From NCBI GenBank assembly GCA_030141605.1, contig JAQGDQ010000120.1, positions 1 through 64,000 on the forward strand: a stretch of DNA of 64,000 bases, in the 5' to 3' direction. This document shows, piece after piece, positions 53,901 through 64,000 of the stretch. The notes beneath the pieces are model-generated. The model was given only the letters and a program-made list of their open reading frames with translations. It ran no database searches and had not been told where the DNA came from. Both the position numbers and the translations under genes were made by a program. Position 1 is the stretch's first letter. The number at the start of each line of letters is the position of its first letter. This stretch comes from Tubiluchus corallicola. Lineage: Eukaryota > Animalia > Priapulida.

Positions 53901-56900
53901 CAGGTGTGTATAACTTAACCAATACAAATAATGAAGTCTTTAATTAAATATATTCTGTATTAGTTAATGCAGCATTTGTATTTATTGTACTGTAAAAATG
54001 TTAGTACATACGGGTTCAGCTTAAGAGGTCTACAGTGTTAATTGTTGTTTTTATTTTTGTTTTGAGTAACCAAATTCTGCAAGTTATTATGTACTATGTT
54101 CTTGAGTTGATACTCAATTTAATTGTCTAGTCTAGCAGCCTTTTATATTTCTAGACTTTTTTAGATTATAGATATAAATCTTATCCATACAGGTGCTGGA
54201 TTTGTTAGCTCAATTGGTACAACTACGAGTGAACTACTGTCTGCTAGACTCTGATCAAATCTTCATTGGCTTTGTTATACGACAGTTTGAGTACATTGAA
54301 GAAGGGCAAATTAAGTATGTAAAGTGCAGCATATATATAGTATAATGACAACTTAGACTGAGATAAAGTTTTTAATAATGTGATACCTCATTGTTTATAT
54401 CATGGTAGCTTGTTGTTTAGCTGATTCAAGTTAGCAGCTATTAATTAAATTGCATTATAATAAAAAAGACAGGCATCTAACAACACTTCTAGGGATCATG
54501 TAATTGTTAATCGCTTTAGCAAATTTCGGGGAATTGAAATCCTGACCTATAGCTAATGAACCCATCACTTAAATATTTTTGGACTGTATACCAAAAACAA
54601 TTTTGATTGGTTTCTTTTATGGTAAACGTGATTATAGCAAGAGAATTTTAAACAATACCTTGTATGTGTTTTATGTCTTGTTTTCGAGGTTATCATACCC
54701 ATCAGAAGCCGTTCTAGCCCATTAGAAAATTAATTAAAATATTTTTGGCCAGACTTCAGCCTGGTAATCACCAAGAAATCAAAATGGGCATTTTAGTTTC
54801 AAGGTTTTGGGGCTAATATATTCTGACTATATATCTACAAAAATCATTACTTCTGTGTTATTATTTCTGTTGCATTTAAGTGCTAAACAAAAACCTTTGA
54901 CTTTCAGAAATTCAGAAAAACTGATATCTCATATATTTCACTTCCTGGTGTTACTATCCTATGAGAGGTATCATTCAAAGAGTATAATTGGAATGCCGAA
55001 GATCATCCAGTTGTGTGATGGACTTATGGCCAGCGGGCAGTCACCAGTTACTCATGGTAATACATGTATCCCATTCTGCTACACAAATTTCCTTTGTTGT
55101 GCAACATTTTTATTGTTTTGTTTTTGTTTGCATATAAGACATTTGCTAGAGACATGCCCATTGCTTTCCTTTGTTCTGAAATTTACCGGTAAATGCTGTG
55201 TATTAGCAAATAAATTTATATAATATACATCGATACGTGAATTGACTTCGTTCTTTTGCTCTCAACCTGTCATTTCTAACGGTCTGTGTGTGAAGAAGAA
55301 TTAAAAATAATGCTTACTTTAAAAAAAATGCACATATACCAATATATAAATTTGAAAAAGGACATCACTTATAATGTGCTCACAACATAATGTTTAGGTG
55401 AATTTAGCATATTGTCATGTATATTATTGTGTATCAGTATCATGATCTGAAACATAATGTACAGATCAGGTTTATGATAACCCACCAATTAACTTCAAGA
55501 TAATTTTCAAATACATGTGGCAGCAAAAAACGCAATCCAGAGATCCTACAAAACAAAATTTCTAATAACAGAATAGTTTAATTTGGAATCACTAGTTGCT
55601 GCACAATTATTTAATATCTTTAGATATTGAACTGTTATAACCCAGAATTAATAAACCTAATGGTATTAGAAATTAGTGAGTTACATATGAACTCAACAAT
55701 AAACATCTATCACTAATTTAAGGCTAGCTAATGTGACTACAATCTTTATTATCAGTAGGGTTTATTGAAACATAGATCTGTACAAATCTTCATATACTTC
55801 GTTATAAGTTTGCCTAAATCTCTTTGCTTTGTTCTTTTTCATATTGTACAAATTCTTAGGCACATTGATCATAGTTTTCGATTTACTAGTACTATGATTC
55901 ATGTTTTCAGAATGTCATATTTTTAGCATTATATGTGTACTTTCATAGCTATTCCAGCTCTGCAGCCTATAGTAGTTGACTTATTTGCTGCCCGAGGTAC
56001 TGTTACGAAAGCCGATGCTGGAAAAGAACTAGAGACACAGAGAGAAGTTGTTGTGTCAATGCTTTTACGCTTAATACAGTTTTATGAGGTACGATTTACA
56101 GATGTTAGCATGCTAATTTTAATTACTCACTAAGATCATTTATTAACGGGTTTTTGGTTGATAATTTTCTAAAAAACAGGGGTCTTTTCATTGTCTTTCG
56201 GCTATTCAGTAATGACATGGTTTCTTGGCTATTAGGATATTAGAGTTATCAGTCTGAAACTCAGAATGATTTTGTCTGAAATATTTAAATACTATAGATC
56301 TGCTTTTACTATTTACAACTGCTAGCAAACTATACTTGTATTGCTTTTTTTGGCACTCATATTAATTATATGTTTGTTAAAAAAAACTCGAGACGGAAAA
56401 GAAAAATGCCAAAAAGCAAAAATATTTTACAATTTTTACAGAAATTGTTTTTAAATCTCAGAAGGCAGGTTCTTTAGTAGTTTGAACTGAATATTGTTTA
56501 TTTATTTGCAGGTGATGGATTTGTTTACACTAGTTCTACACCATTGCCACAAAGACGAGGAAGACAAGTGGAAACGGTTGTCACGTCAAATTGTTGATAT
56601 TCTTCTGCCACTTTTGGCTAACTTTGAAGTACATTAAAGTTTTTAGATCACATCCAATTACCTCTGAAGAAATGCTTAATCAAACCTCAGTTTTTATTGC
56701 AGATGTACTTTCATTTTTACTTTGTGTACATGTTACACATTTGGCATTTGGTGTGTTTCTAAAATTTTTCTTTGTTCATTTCACAGATTAATTTAGATGA
56801 TCAAGGGGCTCTTGATGTACTACATCGATTGTTTGAATCTGTCGCACCAAGTGTCTTCCGGCCTGTCGATATTTTACTCAATGTGTTGTTGGGACGGCCT

Positions 56901-59900
56901 AAACCTTTGGTAAGTTATTCTGTTGTCTGTTTAAATGCAGCAGTCATAAAAAATATAAACGTACTAACCAAAATGCAAAGTAGTCAACAACAACAACAGT
57001 AATAACAACAATTAGAAGTTTTTTATGGTTTCTAATGTTATTTTGATTCTATGTGTTGTGGAGTGTCGACTTCCTTAAAAATTTCATCAAATTTATTTAT
57101 ATCTTTACTGTTCAATTTTTAAATCCATTGTGGTTTGTTATTTCTGGGTTGAATTTGGTTGAAGATGGCCGGCAAATGGTTTCTATATAATGTTATTGTG
57201 CTTGCGACATTATTATGCTATGATTGAAAAAATCAAATAAATAAAAGGAAATAGCTAGAACTTTTCTGAAATGTTCACGTGTTATTGCCGCTATGTGCAT
57301 TTTATCATAACTTGATCTGACTTTATCATGACTTTAAATTTTTACGATGAATTTTTTTTCAGCTGACCGTACAGAGATTGCAAAGGTGGACATGTTTAGT
57401 CTTAGCAATTTTAAGAGTTCTCATCTGCCAAGCAAAAGAAGAGATTGTGTTGTCACGCCTCCAGGAGCTAGGATTGCTCGTCAGTATTCACACAGACACA
57501 CTTAAAGTACAAGAATATGTCAATGATGAAGCACGTTTGGTAATTCGCCCTGCAGAAGAGACATTAGCCAGGTAAATGTGACATTATTTCACACTTATTT
57601 AAGTCGGTTATCAATTACCTGGCTGACTCACACTGATTTAAACCGCAAATCATTTAACTGATGCCTGTTTTTTATATGAGAGGTGCTTCTTATTTTATTA
57701 AATGAATCATATGCTGTCTGAAACAGCTTATGATCTTCATTATGTAGTTGAGGTTTGAATGTCATTACAACTGGCTTTATACTCTAGTTGTCATGGCATT
57801 TGAATCTAAAAGTCCTGGTTAAAAATTAACATAATTGTGACAAAGATAACTTCCTGTATCTCTAGGTTTCTCATTCAAGTCATCGGAATGCTGAGTGAGA
57901 AGATATCTCATCATGGGAGCACTCCTGCTGCCACACAATATGAAAACTGTTCTTTCCTCAGTCAACAACTTGCTCATTTACTACTCTACGTTATGCACAT
58001 GTTTCAATCTGGTATGTTTGTTTCTGAATTTTCTACCCTAAATCATTTACTTTAGTTTTATTTTACTTCTTAACTTTGCAAAAAGTATTAGGGTGCTTTA
58101 AAACATGTCCTAATGTTTAAGATTTTTCTTATAGTTATTAAGCTTATCGGTTTTTCTTATTTCCAGGTTTAATTGTTAATCAGTAGCCAAGGCGCGTATT
58201 AAATTTTGATTCCATTCTTATGAGGTAATCAACTTAATAGTTGTAATTTTAATCAGAAATCCTGTGGTAAATTGACTATAATATTTATGCTTTTATAGGT
58301 ATTTACCGGCGAGTGGCCACTGCTACAATGACTGTGATACGCGATGAACCACCCAATTTTTACTACAGTGTCATGCAGATAAACACTCACTTCTGGCAGC
58401 TACGCATGACGTATCCAACTCTTTTACTACAATGGTGTAATATTCTCACGCTGCTAAATTACGATGACCAGCCATGGTGGAGTGAATTAATGCAAACTCG
58501 GCGATTGATAACGTCTCCTCAACAAGTGTAAGTTGTGGTGGTCATTTATAAGTTTTATGTTAATAAACAAGTTTTTCGTTAATAAGTGTGAACACTTGCG
58601 GTCAATTTTTTTTAATTATTAGACGTTAACTATAGCTCCATTTTCAAGTCTATTGGTTAAATGGGTAAACAAAATTCTTGAACAGTGCGAATGATAACAG
58701 AGTGCCCGTTCGATCCTACTATTCGAGTAACCCGAACTGAGCTATGTGGCAAATTGTTATTGTACTTCAGACACTTATGCAGCTGCTATAGTCACAATGT
58801 ATATCATGATTACTTAGTTCCATAAACACATTAATTAACTACAGTATTTTCACAATGTTTTGCTTCTACTCTTTAGTGTACCATCTCAACCTGTGATCGA
58901 GGGTCCATTGTCATGGAGTTTAGAACTTGTTCGTCGAGGCGGGCTTGTATTATTCTGTGACTTCGTGGTATGTTTTTTACTATTCTGCCTTGTTCTTTAA
59001 ATTATGTTTATTTTTTTTTTAGTTATCAAATTTATCAGAAAGCCTTTTTTCTTACCTTCAAGCATAAAAATTGTTTTACAACAAGGAAGCATGTTTTTTC
59101 AGTTTTGAATTTTATCCTAACCTATTGTTTTCACTTTTCAGTGTGAAAATCTGAACGATGCAGAACAGATGACTTGGCTTATCGTCAACCATGTCAATGA
59201 TCTAATTGAACTCTATGAAGAGCCACCAGTGCAGGATTTTATATCTGCTATACATCGCAACTCTGCTGCCTCAGGGCTGTTTATTCAAGCTATACATTCT
59301 CGCTGTGATAACTTGGGCACTGTGAGTAAAAGACCGTTTTTGTGGCTTCTACATTTTGTCTTGTAGCAGTGAACTGTCTGTTCCATTCCTTGTTAAGTTT
59401 TTTCTGAAACTATGTGTGTTGCTCTAATTTGAAACTGCACAATTGCCCTGTTACACATTACACACTCACCTTTCATCCTTTGGTTTTTTTCTGAACCTCA
59501 GCATCCAAATTATAATTTGTGTGTATGATATTCTTCGTAATAAAAGGCAAGATACTGTCATTTCTTTCTTTGTTTTTGGTGCTGCACTTTCATTTCATCT
59601 GCCATAGAAAAACACAATGTCTTGCCTTTTGTTGGAATAAGAGCCATGCACACACAAACATGCACTCCAATCTGGATAGCAGACATAAATTATTTTAAAT
59701 TTCATGTTTACATTAAATTAAAATCTAGTCTTTGTGTATTAACAGAGTTGCTAAAATTATTTGAGTCACTAATTTTTCCTCAAAAATCTGAGTACCCCTC
59801 TTAAGGACAACTCGTGTTTAATGAGATCAAATGCTTTAAAAAAAATTTTGATAGCTTGCAGGCCTTTGCATTTGCAATTGTTTTTTATCTTATAGTTTAT

Positions 59901-62900
59901 ATTTTATTAGCCGTTGATAGTAAGGAAAACATTGAAGTCATTAGATGCTATACATCCAACGCAAAGTGGACCGCTTGTGGCATTATTAATTGACCGCATT
60001 CTCTGTACCCACCATGTGTCCGTCGCACGGATGTGTGATACAATCACTTGTCATCGATTAGAGATGTTACTAGCTGAAAATGCTAGAGTAAGTCATATTA
60101 ACGTATTGTTAACGTGTATTTCTTTTGCAAAATTCATGTTAGTGCTAAGTGAGCCGTATTAGCTAAATTTCCATTTAAATGGTATCACCATTGTAGCTGC
60201 TGGTTGTTTGTTTAAACCTCCAGTAACTCTAGTTGGATAAGATGGTATGCTTACGATTACAGATGGACATCCGCAAAACTCTTGTCTCGATAACTATAAT
60301 AATAGCTACTAGAGCAATAGTACATATGTGTTAACCAATGTGCAAAAAGTCAAGATTGATGATTCAGCTAGAAATGAACAGCATGATATATACTCCTTGC
60401 TTACTCTAAACTAGAGTTGAGTATATGTCAGCACCCGTTGGCACATGTATTTTATTTCACATTGTACGCTTGAGTAGTAAACTTACCAAACATTGCTAAG
60501 AACGGGGTTTTGTGTCAATGTTGTAATCGTTCTTTTACTGTGCTACATTTTTTACTTAAAACATTGCAAGATTTATAGCTTTCCTTTTTCTTTTTAGCAC
60601 CATTCTTTTTTTCAAATTATTCGACATTTTAATTTAAGTCTTGAAACATTCTTCATTTTTTCAACCACTAAAATTTTAAACTTCTTTTTGCGGAGTGTTT
60701 GTTCAATGTATCATTTCTTCTTAAAGTGTGTTATGTTTGCGTTTAGATATAATTTTAATGGAAAGATGAAGGAAGCTCTACAGTGTATAAATAAAAATAC
60801 TGGACACATTTATGTTTTCAGCTGTTTGTCAACATTATTTTTAATTTCAGCACTGTGCAGAACAGCTTCCACTTGATGATTTAGATAAATTGATCGACAC
60901 AATGAAAACAAGAGGATTAGTGAAAAGGTGTGTTCACACTGGCACACATTCACACTAGACACTAAGACCTGGCTAAGATCTTTTGTGTTTATATTATAAA
61001 TCAAGTATATTATTTTCACCTATTGTTAAGTATGAGACCTTTTCACTTGGGTTGCAAGATACATTTCAGTTTGGTTTTTGTATTTTGTTGATTCTTTAAT
61101 TCATTGAGATCTGTTGCAACTTGAATGCTGTTCATATTTGCTATCCAGGATCGAATCCAAACTGAAAATGGTTTTGCTCCAAATCTCTCTCATGATATAA
61201 TGAAAATCTTGTGCAGACCAAGATTATGGATTTAATTTATCGTAAACCAAATAGAAAAACATTGGAACATTATATTGAGAACATATCAATATAAGTATTA
61301 ATATGGTAGTGTTTGATTTAAGTTTGCGAGTGTGTATAACAAGTGGTAAAAAGTGAAACGAATCAATTTTGTTTGCATTATTTTTTCATTTTGCTCTTTG
61401 ACATGTATGAAAAAAACTTAAGTTTGGTATTTATTTTTTGTGTATATTTAATTTATGTTGCTACTGCAGGCATGCAAGGTTGATGTCTCTGCTTGCAAAA
61501 GTACATGAAGTGCTGTGCAGTCAACCACGACAAATTCTGAGTCCTGAAAAGTCACATCCACTTTCAACTAACCCACTGCCTGTGATTGATATTAATGTGG
61601 ATAAGGTGAAGTTTTACATAGCATGCACCAATATTGATAAAAAATGCTATTTTAATTAATTTGCTTTTTGACTAGAATTTGCTGTATAAGATTGTTTACT
61701 ATCAGTTTTTCTTTTTTTAGAGAACTGCAATAGCAGAACAACATTTCTTGGCACTTAAAATAATTAGTTATAGATAACTGCCAAGACGCTTTTTTGAGTT
61801 ATTGATTCTTACGCTTTAGGAATGGTTGTTATCAATTGCGGTGGAACAGTGCTGTCGGTCAGATGTTGTGCCAGTCGAGTGCGCAAAGCTGTTAGCAAAC
61901 TTAGAATTCAGCGACATGCTTTCAACAATGAAGCTTTTGGTAAATTAGTTCAATTATTAATTAATATTGAATAGCAATGTTGTCTGTATGCTCTTGTGTT
62001 TTGTCTTAGGGAAGATGTTCAGGTATCAAACTATGGTTATTCATGCAATGCTGTGCACCTAGTTGCATCTGGCCGAGTTTGAGAGTAGCGGAAAAGTGGC
62101 CAAAATCCACATTGTGGTCAGGTTCCTCCTAATGACTCCGAGTATTGTTGTTTTGTGCGTGATGTAAATGATGTGTGTTGTGAGGGGGGCTATGGCAAGT
62201 TTGTAGTTCTTTTAATTCTAGAAGAAATATTTTATGTGCATTTCATTGTCATTGTGCTGTTACTTGATAATTAGGTTTGGTTGCTTTATTTTTATATTTT
62301 TCTGTATTTAAAGCTGATGTAATTTCTCTGATATAACTGATCCTAATAAAAAAGCAGTAGAAAAGCTGTAATTACAGTTGCCCCAGTGAAGTGGACAACT
62401 AGAATTGGTTAGAATTGGTTCTGTTTGCTTGTCCGTTCGTACTTCTATCTGTCACCGCTTTTTCTCAGCTGTGGAATAAAGTAGGAAGTTGACACTCAGG
62501 AGAGGTTTTTTCTCTGCTACTGTGTGATTTCATTGACTTGTTTAGTGACGTGTCTTATCTGATATTTCAATTGTCTGTCATTTTATTGAGTGAAAACATA
62601 TTTTTTCTTATTCTAGAATTTCAATCTTTCGGTTCTGGAAGCAAGCATGGCTCTAGGAGTGAAGAAGACACTGAGTTGTCTTTATGCAATACAAGATATA
62701 ACATCACCAAGCGAACAAATTCACCCGTCCACTAACCTTGACACAAAGGAACATTCATTGTATAAGGCTGCTCATGTTGCTCTGTTGGAGGTTAGCATGT
62801 TGTGCAATTTTCTCTCCAACATTTTTATTAAACTCCCGTAGCGGAAGGGGTTAATGTGTATCAATTCACAAATACAAATAATTAACGAACCATTTTACAA

Positions 62901-63901
62901 GTATCCTAATAATCATGCAAAAGCCTGGTGTCCTATTATTTTGTTATGTACCTGTTCAATTGGATAATTTTTAGTAAATTTTTGTGAGTCAGTACTTTCC
63001 TTTATGCTGTTGATTATGCAACATCAGTCTTGTTTATCGTCGTCATGGACTGTTTTATATCTTTTAATTGACATAATTGTGTGCATTAGTTTTACCTAGG
63101 ATACCTAACAAAGGATACCTAACATTTTGTTATACTTGATTATCATTTAATTTTGATTTCATTTGATTTGATTTAATATTTAATTTCAAACTTTACAAAG
63201 TTCATATACACATCACAAATTAATGCAAATAATACAATAAATTATGGCTCACACTAATAACATAAATAACAATTATCGATATAAGAAACTACGCCAACGA
63301 TGTCTAATTACGGAAGTAAAGTTTACATCACTGTTTAAAATGTTCTTGCAAATAAATTTTTCAGTTTTTAATGCATATTCGTTAATGTTTTACTGATTAG
63401 TACAGTCAAGATCAGGTTGTCAAACAATTTTGACTATATTTTATACAATCTCGTACAAGCGTTTAAAAATGTGTATTGTTTTAGTGATCATATCATATCA
63501 TATCAATAAATTAGTAGTAATTTTTGTAAATTATACATCCTCATTTAGTATTTTCTGCTCATCCTTTACATGAAGTAAGCTTTAATTGTGTATTATCTAA
63601 AGTTAATAAAAATAAGCTTGAATAATGTGTTACCTTGCAGTTAATTAACGGAGTCATCTGTAGACTGCCTTCTCCACACCAAGTGCCTCTGTTTGCATCT
63701 AAGCTGGAGGGTAGCAGGGTTGAAAGATTCATGATTAAACTTGAAGCTCTTCTGGCTGATAAAGCAGCTTGGAGTTTTGTGTTCGAGCTTGCACCGGTAC
63801 TCAACAGGTATTTGGAGTCATGTCATCTGTTGCCATGGGAATCGAATATTTGTGAGGAGGCTGCTAGCAATGTTTGTAGATTTGGAGTTCTATTATTAGA
63901 G
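32963..63901 (+). CDS. HTT: Huntingtin, 42 coding exons in window, 3'-incomplete
   Basis: N17-like start [15 protein letters not shown]. Motifs [91 protein letters not shown] and [25 protein letters not shown]. Exons: 32963-33075, 33996-34076, 34575-34695, 35227-35366, 37235-37373, 37986-38127, 38747-38937, 39289-39475, 39690-39759, 40212-40344, 41760-41847, 42057-42184, 42337-42577, 43099-43242, 44746-44942, 45341-45430, 45609-45706, 47016-47277, 47607-47764, 47908-48071, 48771-48888, 49249-49454, 51021-51160, 51751-51936, 52999-53216, 53732-53903, 54193-54314, 54908-55056, 55949-56088, 56512-56628, 56787-56909, 57363-57571, 57866-58011, 58299-58527, 58877-58967, 59142-59321, 59911-60087, 60851-60927, 61470-61605, 61820-61939, 62617-62790, 63641-63901. 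All GT-AG and phase-consistent. Confidence 0.98.
33248..33745. repeat. Degenerate fold-back (arms ~170 bp) in HTT intron 1
   Basis: Perfect inverted anchors TGCTGAAACAATTGC (33296-33310 / 33681-33695) and AGCCTCAGGTGTCT (33339-33352 / 33633-33646), with collinear weaker similarity on either side. Confidence 0.75.
35424..35945. mobile_element. hAT-superfamily MITE, 522 bp
   Basis: TIRs CAGGGCTGAGAAT / ATTCTCATCCCTG with a perfect 8-bp TSD ACTTAATG (35416-35423 and 35946-35953). Confidence 0.9.
36251..37052. mobile_element. Older hAT-like MITE, ~800 bp
   Basis: TIRs TAGGGGTGTC / GACACCCCTA with subterminal GAATC/GATTC repeats. TSD is degenerate (ATACTGGG vs AAACTGCC). Confidence 0.6.
43406..44083. 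mobile_element. Tigger/pogo-like MITE, ~680 bp
   Basis: TA|CAGTTAGCCTTCGCTTAACG … CGTTAAGCGAGGACTCTG termini, with subterminal CGTC(A/G)TTAA-like repeats. Confidence 0.6.
44352..44591. repeat. 60-bp minisatellite, 4 copies (third has a 2-bp deletion)
   Basis: Unit AAATTGATTGTATCTGTAGCTTTTCATTGTTGATGTCGCTTTTAATATTGGATGATTTTG. Confidence 0.95.
49666..50042. mobile_element. MITE with long imperfect TIRs (possibly PIF/Harbinger-like)
   Basis: Outer GTCTTTTCACAGTT / AACTGTGAAAAGGC and inner GGTCAAAGGTTAAGTGTACCA / TGGTACACTTAACCTATGACC (20/21) inverted pairs. Confidence 0.55.
63152..63368 (-). mobile_element. Second, shorter 3' fragment of the LINE at 24570-25152, antisense in HTT intron
   Basis: Collinear reverse-complement match to ~24945-25150, e.g. 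AAACTACGCCAA, AAATAACAATTA and TTTCAAACTT.ACAAAGTTCATAT, with an (AAATC)n tail. Confidence 0.8.
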
Positions 63902-64000
63902 GTAATAGATACATACTTTATACATTTGACTTATTTGATGCATAAGATTCTAATTTGTCTGTAAAGATTTCAGTAAATTTTTCATCTATTTTTCATCAGT

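Noticed and set aside
56985-57002. QQQQQ at the end of ORF 56772-57002 as a displaced huntingtin polyQ
   Set aside because: It lies in the intron after the donor at 56909. It is a short (CAA)n repeat read through by the ORF finder.

Overview
AT-rich, intron-rich animal (invertebrate-like) nuclear DNA, not prokaryotic; most ORFs in the supplied track are exon fragments or noise. Three spliced genes were reconstructed by eye with phase-consistent junctions. They are MRPL43 (+, 10320-13586, 3 coding exons), NOC3L (-, 14435-31339, 20 coding exons, ~792 aa, one probable GC-AG intron) and huntingtin HTT (+, from 32963, 42 exons to 63901, running off the window, no polyQ). The first 11.8 kb is a near-perfect inverted duplication (arms 1-3457 and 8384-11843). 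It creates a second head-to-head copy of MRPL43 exon 1 around a 4.9-kb spacer holding an internally deleted Ty3/Gypsy relic. Introns carry MITEs (hAT-, pogo/Tigger- and Kolobok-like), LINE 3' ends, SINE heads and minisatellites. The best leads are the MRPL43 palindrome, an upstream ORF overlapping the HTT start codon, and ancient-looking MRPL43-NOC3L-HTT linkage. Homology calls are from recalled protein sequences; no searches were run.
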